DNA of 64,000 nucleotides from Eledone cirrhosa (lineage: Eukaryota), in NCBI GenBank assembly GCA_964016885.1, contig OZ024744.1, positions 33,418,001-33,482,000 of the forward strand, in the 5' to 3' direction. The position numbers were made by a program, and so were the translations under genes. Each line of letters starts with the position of its first letter. Positions within the stretch are counted from its first letter, which is position 1. Positions 28,001 to 41,474 of this stretch are shown here, piece by piece. The notes under the pieces were generated by a model. That model was not told where the DNA came from, did not search any database, and saw only the letters and a program-made list of their open reading frames with translations.

Positions 28001-30488
28001 CAAATCCACGATTCGGTCTTTGAAAGACCAAAACGGACGCGTGCTACTTGACCCCAAACAAATGTGCGCGGCCTTTCAGCGGCACTTTGCGTGACTGTTT
28101 GAGCAGAACGACGGTGAGCCGAACGGGGCAATGGACTTTAGTTCATACCTCGACGTCCTACCGTGTCTTTCGAACACGGACGCTGAGTTCTGCGAAAGAC
28201 CGATCACGGAAAGTGAGATACGGGACGCTCTGGGCCGCTGCGGGAAACGCAAGGCACCCGATCTAGATGGTCTACCCTACGAATTTTACATAGGCATGCC
28301 GGACTTGTTCTCTGGTTCCTCGAAGCCGTCTACTGCAATTGGCAGCAGAACGGGAGAATTCCCAGTTCTGCAGGCAAGGGCGTAGTAACGCTGATCAGGA
28401 AAGACGAGAACAAGGGGGACGAAATTAACAATTTCCGGTCCATAACTCTGCTCAACACAGAGTTAAAGGTTTTGGCCAAGGCGCTAGCGACGAGGTTGGC
28501 GCTTGTCGTCGAGAACCTGGTAGGGAAAGCGCAAACGTGTGCAATCCCGACCAGGTCTATACACGACAACCTCCACTTCATGCGATACATCATAGAGAGG
28601 GTGGGTAGTAAACCCGGCTTCGGTGGGGCTCTGATCAACTTGGATCAGTCTAAGGCATTCGATAGGGTCGACCATCGATACTTGGAAGCGGTTTTCAAGG
28701 CGGCCGGTTCCGGTCCCGTGTTCAGAGGATGGATCGAGGCGATGCACACCAGAATCTGCTCGAGGGTCAAGATGAACGGCTACCTATCGGAGCCGTTCGC
28801 AATCACGCGTTCCATTCGACAGGGGTGCCCTCTCTCCTCCATTATGTATTTATTGACTCTAGAGCCACTACTGCGGAAATTGGAGCTGTTGCAGGGCATC
28901 CCTCTAGAACCGGGACTGCGCAAAGCGGCGTCGGCTTATGCCGACGACATGACGGTAAAGGTGTCGAGCACCTCGGAAATCGGGGTGATCGGCAACTTAC
29001 TGAAAGAATACGAAACGCTGACAAGTTTGTTGGTTTGCAACTCGGTACGTGGAGAGGGGTCTGGTTCGGTCCAGACCTCCAGGTGGAGAAAAACTGGAAC
29101 GAGGTCACGGCCAGGGTGTTTGCACTCACCCAGAAATGGGCAGAGTGCAAACTGTCCTTGAAAGGTCGAGTGGAGTTGGCGAGCACTTTCATAGCGTCCG
29201 TCATCTACTACCGCTTGACTATCGTGCCTTGTCCCCGTGAACACCTCGCCAAGATGGAACTCATGCTCTTCCAGTTTCTGTGGAAGAAGCAGGCTCCGCT
29301 GATGAGGAGATCCGTCTGCTGTCAGCACCCTTCCAACGGAGGGCCGGGAATGCCGTGGCTGATGATACGCAAACATGCGCTGAGGCTGCGGCACCTCCGG
29401 GTATTCCTCACCGACCCCCAACCGGTGTGGGCACCGATTGTGAGACAGGCTTTCCCACAGCTCGTCTCGCTGACGGAGCTGCAGTCCTGGGTCAAGAAAA
29501 GACCAAAAACGATGGGCGCCTGGCACAATGAATGCGCTCAGGCGCTCACAGTCCTCTGGCAAGCGGGCGCAGCAATCAGTGGAGACGCAGCAATCAGTGG
29601 AGACTCCACTTCGACATTCTCTAGAGGGATTGTACGTTACAAGGGCGGCGACGTGCTCGGAGAGACACTGGGCGTCGAAGACGATGAGCTCACCAGTCTG
29701 TTTGGTAGGACTTTCCGCCCGGGACCTATGGACAACTTCCAGAGGTCCCTGGCCTGGCAGTGCTACCGAGGAGCTCTACCGGTTCGTGACAAGAACTAGA
29801 GGCACGGATGCCCCGGCAGGGATCCTTCCAAGAGGACGTGTCCAAGATGCGCGCAGGACATTGAAACAGTCCTGCACGCAATTGTACACTGTCTTGGCGT
29901 AACCGACCTGTGGAACTATGCAGAACAACTGCTGTCGCGTATGGGACAAATCCAGTTGACTGCCGAGTCCATAGTAAGGATCAAAACGCCAGCCTCTTTC
30001 AAAAACAAAAGAGAGGCGGTTTTTCTCTGTACGGTGGCTATGGTGAAAGAAGTTATATGGTGGACGAGATTGAGAGGACTGAGGACAGATGCCTTTCTCT
30101 CCGGACAACAATTGATTCCCTTCTTTAAGTATCACTTTAGAAGGAGAATCAGGGTGGAGAGAGAGGCACTGTACCCCAGTAAATTTACTGAAAGGTGGGT
30201 GAATGAAGCGAAAATGGCCCGAGTGATTGGGCCTTCTCTTTTTATAAGCATGTAGGTTGAGGAAGAGAGCAAAAGGAAGAAAGGAGCACTTGCACAACAC
30301 GCTCCTGGAGTTGAGGGTTGTTCTATCGACGGGGTATTAAACAACCCATTTGTGGCGCCTCCCTCCTATTGGGGATTTCGATTATTGTAATTGTTTGTTT
30401 TTATATTCTTTACACGACTGTATGTAAAATCCCCGCATGTCTTTGTATTGTCCCCTTTTCTTGTGCGCCCTTGTGGCTAATACAGAAA
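25050..30488 (+). mobile_element. Tx1-like copy D, apparently full length but decayed (ORF1 ~25346-26835, ORF2 26877-30255)
   Basis: 405-aa open APE region (VNVRGL, AITE, AVYAP, MGDWN, SYLDRF, YSDHK); RT SIRQGCPLS and YADD; ORF1 knuckle CFRCGSTAHLKACC. Confidence 0.92.
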
Positions 30489-30506
30489 TATATCTATCTA
30501 TCTATC

Positions 30507-32148
30507 AAAGCAGCATCGGCCTATGCCGATGAAGTAACCGTAGTGGTGTCGAAAATCTCGGAAATCGGGGTAATCGGCAACCTATTACAGGGATACGAAA
30601 CGTTGACAGGAGCAGGACTAAACCCAAACAAATCTGTCGGTTTGCAACTCGGCACATGGAGAGGCAAACCCATGCCTTCCGACAGTGTCGTTGGACGCTG
30701 GACGGAAGGACCGGTGAAATTGATGGGGGTCTGGTTTGGTCCAGACGTCCAGGTGGACAAGAACTGGAACGAGGTTACGGCGAAGGTGTTTGCACTCACC
30801 CAGAAGTTGGCTGAGTAAAACTCTCCTTGAAAGGTCGAGAGGAGGTGGTGAACACTTACATAGCGTCCGTCATCTACTACCGCTTGACAGTCGTGCCTTG
30901 TCCCTGCAAATACCTTACCAAAATGGAATGCCTACTCTTCAAGTTCCTATAGAAGAAACAGGCTCCATTGGTGAGGAGATCCATCTGCTTTCAACACCCT
31001 TCTAACGGAGGGCTGGGCAAGCGGTGGCTGATAAGGCGCAAACACATGCTGGGGCTACGCCATCTCCAGGTATTCCTGACCGGTGGACCGGTGTGGCTGT
31101 CGTTTGTGAGACGAGCACTTCCACAACTCGTCTCACTAACAGAGCTGCAGTCCTGCGTCAAGCGCAGACTGAAAATAGACGCCTTGAACTTCGAGTGCCT
31201 TCAGGCGTTCACAGCCCTCTACCAAGCGGGAACGGCAATCAGCGGAGACTCCACTTCGACATTCTATAGGGGATTAGTGGAGGATAAGTGCAACGACGTT
31301 CTCGGGGAAACTCTAGGCATCGAGGAGGACGAACTGAACAGTCTGTTCGGGAGGACTTTCCGTCCAGGGCCTATGGATAACATCCAGAGGTCTCTGGCCT
31401 GGCAGTGCCACCGAGGAGCTCTACCAGTCCGAGACAAAATCTACAGGCACGGACGCCCTGGCAGAGATCCCGCCAAAAAGACCTGTCCAAGATGCGAGCA
31501 GGACATTGAAACCGTTCTGCACGCAATTGTTCAGTGCTCAGGGGTGACCGACCTGTGGAATTATGTCGAACAGCTACTGTCACGTGTGGGACGCATCCAG
31601 TTTTCAGCCGAGTCCATCGTGAGGATCACCCCGCTGCCTTCACTTAAGAATGAAGGAGAGGCGGTTTTCCTCTGTCTGGTGGCTATGGCGAAAGAGGTAA
31701 TATAGTGGACGAGGTTAAAAGGACTGAGGGAAAACACCTTTCTCTCCGGACAACAACTCCCTCTTCTTTAAGTACCACTTCAGAAGGAAGATGATAGTGG
31801 AGAGTGAGGTGCTACACCCCAGTAAATTCGCTGAAAGGTGGGTAAATGTGGCGAAAATGGCCCGAGTAAATGGACCTTCTCTGTATATAAACCTGTAGGT
31901 TGAGGAAGATAAACAGAGGGAAGACGGGAACACCTACAGAACGTGTTCCTGTTGTTGAGGGTTGTTCTATCCATGGGGTGTAAAACAACCCTGCAGTAAC
32001 GTTACCCCCTATTGAGGATTTCGATTATTTTATTTTAATATATAGTTTATTGTTATTTTTTTAATATTAAAGTTATATGATTTTTATGTAAAACGCCCGC
32101 CGTCTTGTAATGTCACATTTTTGTACGCCCCTGTGGCAAATAAAGAAA
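30507..32148 (+). mobile_element. Tx1-like copy E, 5'-truncated just before the RT catalytic motif
   Basis: Starts at KAASAYADE directly after TATCTATCTATCTATC; shares the 3' UTR; followed by TATC. Confidence 0.9.
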
Positions 32149-32218
32149 TCTATCTATCTATCTATCTATTGATGGATCTATCTAACTATCTACCTATCTA
32201 TCTGTCTATCTATCTATC

Positions 32219-35200
32219 ATCACCACCAACAACAGCAATAACAACATTTATTTTACAGCAACCGTTGCTAAGCAACATGTTATATTATCCTATGGATATT
32301 TCACACAAGTATTTGGAAGAAGCTTCGAACTATGTCACGTTTGAGGGAGACCTTCACATGTACACATGCCCCCACAAATACGAGGATGCACAGAGAAAAA
32401 AACTGTTCTACAGAAGAGTTGAAAAAAAAACTTTAAAACTTCCAACAAATACAATTGAAGCCGCGTTGATAGATATCACACCAGAACAAAACAACATGGG
32501 AATATATCAGTCCTCTTAAAGAGCGAAACCCTAGCTCAAAAGCACTCTGTCCACCCAATAAAAACGAGTTAATACATCTTCTTCCCTGCATACATGGGAA
32601 GAAGAACCTATAAAAATAAAAATAACAAAAATCCCAGCTGAGGTCAACATATGGTGGGTCTTACGCTGCATCCAGAAGAAGGGCGAGGACACCCTCCTAT
32701 CTGTAGACAGAACAGACCGAAATAGCTGGTTTGGTACTTGCGCTGATTTTTTTCTGGTACAAATGAGGCCAGAAAGAGTTGGGAAAATCCCGGACAGGAT
32801 CACCCTTAAGTAAGATGTCATCTCCGTTTTAGTGGAGGGGAAAAGGCCTCAGTGGCATAAGTGGGGGGAAAGCACACACTTAAAGGCTGTTACCCTCTCT
32901 TAAACAAACTAAGAACAAACAAGATGCTACTGCCAACACCAAAACCCCAACAGCAACACCCGAAACAAAACACAGCAATACAAAATCTCGCAACATCCAC
33001 TCCACCACCACCACAGACCAGAGACAACAAAACACACAAAACCCTACTGAAAACTCCTCCCTTGCCCCCTGCTTCTCTGTCAAATACTTTCACCTCCACA
33101 AACACTCCACCACACAAGATACCCCTCCCATCTACCCCTGATTCAGAAGTTTAAGACGCAGGAACCTCTATATCTACAAGTGAGGATGAAGAGGAACCCC
33201 AAAAATCCAAGAAACAAGAAAGACACAGAAAAAATACAAAAACAACATCCACAGAAGAGACGCACACACCCAACACCAACATAAACACACTGCCACAATC
33301 GACAACCACACCAACAACACAATCACCACCAACATAACCAAACACTTCACCAACAAAACAAACACCCACACCACCACAACCACAAACCCCAACTACAAAT
33401 AGTAACAGCACACATGAAAAGCAAAACACTACACATACATACGAACCACGAATAGAAAACTAGTAGAAACTGTCCGAAAGGGCCTCACCATCCAAACAGA
33501 AGGGAAAACTTTCCCAAACAATGACCCACCCACAAACCTGAAACTAATCAGGGTCACAACTCTACAATACAAAACCATGAAACAGAACTTCGAACATGAT
33601 GTGGGGGTCCCCTGTAAAAAAACCCTTAACCGTGTGTTGCTAAAAGGATTCCCTCCTTCCCCAAATACGCCCAATCAAGAAAAGGAGATCGAGCAATCCG
33701 ACCTCCAGGAGACGAAAAGATAAGTGTTCTTTTTCTCTCCCAACTCTTTTTCAACTGATATAGCAAATTTACGAGTAGGATGTCTGAATGTGCGTGGCCT
33801 AGGATCTCCTGGAAACAGGGCCACCTCAGGTCACATTGTATAGATGTGATAGCCGCCAGCGAGTCCAGGAATGATGACAGGCAGCAGATTACCCCTATGT
33901 TCGATGACCTTGAGAGCTATGCATCTCTTTGTCAGCCGGGAGGTGGAGGAGAAGCTGCTGTACTGTTTCGGAAAAAAACTGGATCTCGAAATACAGACAA
34001 TCTCCTTGGAACTGGAGGGCAATTTGGTCGTACTAGACGTGAATGGTAGTGAAAGTAGAGCTTTCAAAGTAGTGGTCGTCTCTGGCTCGACTGGGAAAAA
34101 AAGACCAGAGTTCTTTAAGCGCCTAGAGTCTTTACTGTTAGCGAAGAAGCTTTAGAAAAGAACAAGACAGAAAAGGAACTGGTAGCCAAAGTAGAAGAGG
34201 CACTTAGGAATGGCAGTACAGCTGACGTGCTAACGGCGAGAACGGTACTAGACCAGTTCTTCAACGTGAAACACGAAGGTTGTATTGTCAGAAATAGAAC
34301 ACGTGCTCTGAGAAACGAAGGAGCCAAAGCTGTTAGCTGGGGCCGAGGGGCAGAGGCGAAAAGTGGCAACAAATGCACAATTCGGTTTGGAAGACCAAGA
34401 CTTGCATCCAAGCAGATGTGCACGGCCTTCCAGCAGCACTTTGCCCAACTGTTCGGGCACAGTGGTGTATCGAGTGGGGTGATGGACTTCAGTTCCTACC
34501 TCGACGCCCTAGCGTGACTCTCGAACATGGATGCGGAGAGCTGCAAAAGGCCAATCACAGCGAAATAGAAGACGCCCTAGGCCACTGTGGGGAAACGGAA
34601 ATCTCCCGGTATAGATGGTCTACCCTATGATATTTACATAGGCATGCCAGACTTGTTCTCTGACGTCCTCGAAGCGGTCTACTGCAACTGGCAGCAGAAC
34701 GAGAGAATTCCCAGTTCTGTAAGCGGAAGTTGGAGCTATTGCAGGGCATCCCGATGGAACCAGGATTGGGAAATACAGCGTCGGCTTATGCCGACGACGT
34801 GACCATAATGGTGTTGAAAATCTCGGAATTCGGAGTAATCGGCAACTTATTACAGGAATAGGAAATGTTGGCGGGAGCAAAACTAAACCCAAATAAGTCT
34901 ATCGGTTTGCAACAAGGCACACGGAGAAGCAAACCGATGCCGTCGGACAGCGTCATTGGGTGCTCTACGTAAGGACCGGCGAAATTGCTCGGGGTCTGGT
35001 TCAGTCCACACCTCCAGGTGGACAAAAAATTGGAGTGAGGTTACAGTGAAGAGGTTTGTGCTTACCCAGAAGTGGGTTGAATGCAAACTTCCCTTAAAGG
35101 GACGAGCGGAGGTGGTGAACACTTACATAGCATCCGCCATCTACTACTGCTTGAGGGTTGTGCCTTGTCCCTGTGATCACCTCACCAAGATGGAACATCT

Positions 35201-36414
35201 ATCTTGAAGTTCCTTTGGAAGAAACAGGCTCCATTAGTGAGGAGATCCATCTGCTGCCAAAACCCTTCTAACGGAGGGCAAGATATGCCGGGGCTGATGA
35301 TGCGCAAACACGCGTTGAGGCTACGGCATCTCCAGATATTCCTGACCGGTGAACCAGTGTGGTTGTTGTTTGTAAAACAAGCTTTTCTACAGCACGTCTC
35401 ACTAACGGAGCTGCAGTCCTGGCTCAAGCGAAGACCGCAAATGAGTACCTGGCACCTCGAGTGCGTTCAGGCGCTCACAGCCTTCTTCCAGGCGGAAACG
35501 GCAGGCATTCAGCGGAGACTCCACGTCAATATTCTGTAGGGGATAAGAGGAGGATAAGTACTACGAGGTTCTCGGGGAGACTCTGGGCATCGAAGAGGAC
35601 GAACTGGCCAATCTGTTCGGGAGAGTTTCTGTCCAGGGCCTATGGATAAATTCCAGAGGGCTCTGGCCTGGCAATGCTACCAGGAGGAGCTCTGTCAGTT
35701 CGAGACAAAATCTACAGGCACGAATGCCCTAGCAGGATCCTGCCAAAAGGGCCTGTACAAGATGCGAGTAGAACATCGAAACCGTTCTGCAATACAATTG
35801 TTCAGTGGCCAGGGGTGACCGACCTGTGGAATTATGTCGAACAGCTACTGTCACGTGTGGGACACATCCAGTTGTCAGCCGAGTGCATCGTGAGGATCAC
35901 CTCGCCTCCTTCATTTAAAAATGAAGGAGAGGCGGTTTTTCTCTGTCTGGTGGTTATGACGAAAGAGATAATAAGGTGGACGAGATTAAAAGGACTGAGG
36001 ACAAACACCTTCCTCTCCGGACAACAACTTATCCCCTTCTTTAAACACCACTTCAGAAGGAAGGTGAGATGGAGGGAGAGGTGCTACACCCCAGTAAATT
36101 CGCTGAAAGATGGATGAATATGGCGAAAATGCCCCGAGTGAATGGGCCTTTTCCGTGTATAAACGTGTAGGTTGAGGAATACAAAAAGAGGGTAGACGGG
36201 AACACTTACAAAACATGCATGCCCCTGGAGTTGAGGGTTGTTCTATCAACGGGGTGTAAAACAACCCAATTGTAATGTTCCCCTATTGGGGATTTCGATT
36301 GTTCTTTAATTAATTTATAACTGCTAAAACTCTTTTTACACACTTAAATGTAAAATCCGCCAATAGTCCTGTAATGTCCCATTTCTTGTGCGACCTTGTG
36401 GCAAATAAAGACAC
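32219..36414 (+). mobile_element. Tx1-like copy F, heavily decayed with internal deletions
   Basis: ORF1 remnant ending QETKR-stop at 33723; APE/RT fragments; ORF2 stop at 36168-36170; TATC on both sides. Confidence 0.87.
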
Positions 36415-36452
36415 ATATCTATCTATCTATCTATATCTATCTATCTATCTAT

Positions 36453-36571
36453 ATTTTATATTTTTTATATTTTGTTATTGCCTCCTCCTTATTGAGGACG
36501 CCTTTTTATGTAAACTCCCCCATTGTACTTGTCCCACTCTTTGATGCCCTGGTGGCAAATAAAAAGAAAGT
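36453..36571 (+). mobile_element. Tx1-like copy G (3' UTR tip only, A/B subfamily)
   Basis: Matches ~15190-15300 and ~18990-19106; lies between two TATC tracts. Confidence 0.85.
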
Positions 36572-36572
36572 G

Positions 36573-36629
<57 letters not shown>

Positions 36630-36650
36630 ACTAACTAACTAACTAACTTA
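36573..36650. repeat. (TATC)n then (TAAC)n tract closing the array
   Basis: Direct reading. Confidence 0.95.
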
Positions 36651-37569
36651 CTATCTATATGTACGTCTCTCTACCTCTCTGCCTCTCAGCAAATTGACAG
36701 AGACTTTAAAATGTCGAATAGAACACTTTGCTGTATTCGTTCCAGTTTTCTGCAAACTTAGATGAAATCCCGAATTTTAAACAACAGAACCACGTGACTC
36801 ATAGTACTCATGGGTCGTTCAATGGAGAAAGGGTAAAAAAAAAAAACGTTAACGAAACATCATTAAATGATGAGGCCACCTTTTTCCCTTCAGCCTTCCT
36901 AATTCGATGAAATAAATACCAGTCCAATATGGTCTAATAAATGAATTATTAGATCAGTGGGCCAAATACTCAAACAATTCCGTCACAATGCTTTGTGATG
37001 CCTTTACCGGCACTTTAAATTCTGAGTTCACCTGCGAAATTGTTGGTGACAAGGTGCCAAGAGGTATCTGCCCTTGACACTGCCATTAGTGGCACAAAGA
37101 GGGGGTAAACTTGCATGCATCTACTACTTCTGTTCTTCTATAAAATATATATATATATATGTTCACATAACGTCATGTATACCCTGGGACGACACTGTTA
37201 CCAATATGTAAAGGAACTTGACTTTCTCTTAAACAAGATTTGTAACAGAAAGATGAGAGACCAGCATGTATAAGTTACTCCCGATCTTCAATAGAAAGAA
37301 AAAGACAAACTTTACCAAGTTAAATCCTGTTTCTGTGTAATATGAGTTAGGTATGTGTCCACCCGCACATCTTGACAGCAACATACGTGCATGTACTTGT
37401 GTCTATTGTTATTTAGCCTCTAGGCTGCTCTGATTAGGCATAAATATGCACAGCGATGTCAGTGCCATTTCTTTCCATGTCGGAAAATGTAGTGTCCAAT
37501 GAAACCCTCAAATTAAATAACTGCCATGGTGTAGTCGTCCCTACTACCTCCATACTATATATATACATA

Positions 37570-37673
<104 letters not shown>

Positions 37674-37799
37674 GGGAAGGTCATATTTGTGTAATAATAT
37701 TGCCAGAATTAATAACAGAACACACTCACTGTTTGGCTGTTTTTCGCTTCTGTGTCTTTTATATCGGTTAATTTAATTTATTCGGTCCTCACTGTTACC

Positions 37800-38404
37800 A
37801 TTGACTGACCAACAGTCCAGTCAAAAGTACAGATACAATATAGACACAAACACATATATATAGTCTATCAAAGTTCTTTCGTTACACATCTCCAACATCG
37901 TCAGTGCTGCTATTATGTTTCCTCCCGTTGTATTGTATGCCTACACCATCTTTATTTAATCTGTTTATTTATTTATTTTTTGTCTTCTCTGCGCATGCGT
38001 TTGCGTGTGTGTATAGTGTTTGATGTGTGTTCGTGTTTGGGTGACTGTGTATTGGTTATTGTATTATATCTTAGTTAACTAGTGTGTGTTTATATGTGTT
38101 TGTTGTTATTGTGCTTGTATATGTATTTATTTATTTATTTATACTTCTCTTAGGTCAGTGTTGTTTGTTTGGGTGTTGTTGTTATTCCATTCATTTTTTC
38201 TGTTTAACCTTGGTCTTCTAAGTTCTATTTCGTTGGCCTCTCTGATTTGCCTATCTGCTGGATCATTTCTATGTTTAGATATTATTCTAATTTCTATGTT
38301 GTCTATGTTACCGTCGTGTTGTTGTCTGGCATGTTCGTATAGTACTATACGAACAAGCCAGACAACAACACGACGGTAACATAGACAACATAGAAAATAG
38401 AATA
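37800..38404 (-). mobile_element. Penelope-like 3' fragment with a foldback junction
   Basis: EHARQQH...IEIRIISKH...RQIREANEIELRRPRLNRKNEW resembles a GIY-YIG C-terminus; palindrome centred at 38343/38344. Confidence 0.6.
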
Positions 38405-39066
38405 TTTCAAGTACACACACACGCCAAAATTCGAAAGTGAATTTTTTTCCGCGAAACTCCGTTGTTAAAATGTTAACAGACATTTGATATCTGTCTCATA
38501 TTTCACCTCAAACTAATGATAATACCGTGACTCAAAAACTTAGGTTAAATGTCAGGCGTGCGTTTCACACATTTTCTTGCTATAATATATTTTAAGAATG
38601 TTGGTTCTAGATAAACTAACATCACTCAGTTAGGTTTATTACTCGAGAGAACTGCTTTGGTTTGGTGCGAAATACTTAAGATTTCTCATAAATTTTTAGT
38701 TCATTAAACTAACTTCGCTCATCGAGGATTACGTGAGCAAATTACGACTTCCATTTAAAAGTTGTTAGGTTGATATATTTGATGATTAAATGTATGTTAA
38801 ATACGCAACATTTTAATTCTGATCTACGGGCATCGCTGTGTGGTTACGGAATTCGCTTGGCAACCACTTGTATTCGGGTTCAGTCAAGTGGCGAGACAAC
38901 TTTGGCAAGGGGTCTCCGGTGATGTTCGAATATTTCATGAAAGTAACATTGAAAAACACTAAATGTCTGAGTTACTGTACTATTACATATATATATACAC
39001 ACTTTCACACACATTACTGTATGTCATACTAGGGCAATCAATTTATCATATATATATATATACACT

Positions 39067-40590
39067 ATGGTCACCCGGATAGTAAACCAAGTCATACAGA
39101 ATGGGGTTGTTCCGAAAGACTCGCGTAGCAGCATCACCATTAACTGCTACAAGGGTAAAAGAGATGCCCTAGATAGGGGTAACTATATAGGTATTAAATT
39201 AATCGACCAGGTCATGAAGGTCACAGAAAAAGTAATAGCGCAACTAATCAGAGAGCAAATTGATCTAGATGAAATGCAGTTCGGGTTTGTGTCAGGTAAA
39301 AGTACCACAGACGCTCTTTTCATTGTACGACAACTACAGGAGAAGTACCTAGCTAAAAGTAAACCCCTATACTTAGCTGTTGTCGACTTGGAGAAAGCCT
39401 TTGACAGAGTCCCCCGTTCCATTATCTGGTGGGTTCTTAGAAAATTAGGTGTTGATGAATGGCTTGTGAGAGCTATACAAGCCATGTATAAAGAAACAGT
39501 CAGCAAGGTTAGAATTAACAACGAATATAGTGAAGAGTTTAGCGTAAAAGTTGGTGTTCATCAGGGCTCCGTTCTTATCCCCCTACTATTTATTATTGCC
39601 CTTCAGGCTATAACAGTGGAATTCAAGACCGGCTGCCCATGGGAACTCCTATACGCAGATGATCTAACGCTCATAGCTGAATCAATGGCTGAACTAGAGA
39701 AGAAATTCCAAACATGGAAGCATGGCCTAGAATCAAAAGGCCTTAAAATTAACCTGTCTAAGACTAAAGTTCTAGTTTGTGGGAAGGAAAATGGGGCACC
39801 GGTTCCATCCGGGAAATGGCCATGCTCAGTGTGTAGGTAGAAACTCCATTTTATGTCCCAAATGCAAAGTATCGGTGCATAAAAGATGTAGTGGGATCAC
39901 AGGTAAGCTAACTAAGAACATAGATTTGATATGTGGCCGGTGCTCTGGTGCAATAAGTAGCAGCAAGTGCCCACATAATACTAGCTTATTCCATTGCACA
40001 GATGGTTCTATAGAAATAGTGGACACCTTCCGTTACTTGGGTGACAAAATCAGTACTGGTGGAGGGTGCTCTGAAAGTACAGTAGCTAGAGTCAGAACTG
40101 GATGGAAAAAGTTCAGAGAGCTTATACCACTATTAGCCGCTAAAGGGTTCTCTCTAAAAATGAAAGGCAGGCTGTATGATGCCTGCATACGAACAGCAAT
40201 GTTACATGGCAGTGAGACCTGGGCATTGTGCGCAGAGGATATTCGCAGACTGGAGAGGAACGAAGCTTGCATGCTCCGCTGGATGTGTAATAGTAATATA
40301 CGTGAACGGCAAAGCATAAACGAACTAAGGGAAACATTAGAAATAAGAGGGATCAGATGTTGTTTACTCGAGAGAAGACTACGTTGGTATGGTCACGTGA
40401 TGCGCATGAAAGACGACAGCTGTATAAAAAAAGTGCAGGGCAATAAAAATAGACGGTAGAGACAGAGTAGGCAGACCCAGAAAAACCTGGGGCGACCTGA
40501 TAAATTCCGAACTCACACACCTCTCCAAGACAATGTCATTGGACTGAGATCTTTGGCGCTACACAGTAATAGAGAAGACCCGCCTTACCT
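39067..40590 (+). mobile_element. RTE-clade LINE, 5'-truncated and frameshifted, with a PHD-like insert
   Basis: MQFGF, DLEKAFDRV, GVHQGSVL, LLYADD, FRYLGD, LHGSETW, RRLRWYGHVMRM. Confidence 0.9.
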
Positions 40591-40649
40591 AAGTACAAAG
40601 TGAAACCTACTACAGTCAGTAGGCACCTCTAACAAAAATACACCCCCGT

Positions 40650-40955
40650 CCCACTACCCCCACCCCATCCACACCACCCCTTTCAATGTAAAGTTATGTT
40701 GGTACCACAACATCCAGTCCGAAACAAATGAGGTCGTGTATGTGTCACGACAAAAAAACACAGTCCACGCTGTAATGTGGCCGTGTAGGCAACACGGTAA
40801 AAACCTCCCAGTTCTACACTGTAAACGTGGTTGGTGTTAGGAAGGGCATCCAGCCGTAGAAAACCCGCTAGACAGTCGTGTGCGAGCAAGACAACCACTC
40901 TTGCCTCAAGTGGAAAAACCCATACAAGCGTGGAAGATGGACGTTAAATGCATGA
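40650..40955 (+). mobile_element. Non-coding interspersed repeat (SINE-like or RTE-related)
   Basis: Reverse-complement homology to 59067-59480 and 41475-41920 (AAGGGCATCCAGCCGTAGAAA...GGACGTTAAA). Confidence 0.7.
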
Positions 40956-41051
40956 AGGACATCTAGATTGCATAGAGAACCGTAGAAATAATTATTATGA
41001 TTAAACGATATATGTAACGTCAGCATCTTATTTTATTATATATATATATAT

Positions 41052-41122
<71 letters not shown>

Positions 41123-41474
41123 GAGACAAAATCCCGACCACGGTGCCAAGTATCCGGTAGTGCTTGAGATTGAGAGAGAGTATGTCTTTATTCTAAGAAT
41201 TGAGCGTTGAGAATTTTTACTTTAAATGTCGTCTTCTGAGAAAATTAAAAAACTAAATCTATAACAGTAAATTTTATTTTTATCCTTTTTAACCTCTGAA
41301 TCTCAGAACTAGAAATTATTGGAAAGATTAAAGTGATAGAAGCAGATGTCATTACCTAGATTGATATAACAAGTTTGTGATTAGCACTAAAGGTCTCTGG
41401 CGTTGACCCGGCTCTTTCGACTAAAACATAATAACAAATAGCTAACAGTTTACGTCATACTCACACACACATAA

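Noticed and set aside
14690-36630. Tandem segmental duplication or assembly artefact as the origin of the Tx1 array
   Set aside because: Copies differ in divergence and truncation point, and one has its own TSD.
37865-37910. Hammerhead on the minus strand (CTGACGA...GAAA)
   Set aside because: Stem I and the cleavage triplet cannot be formed convincingly; at best a decayed relic.
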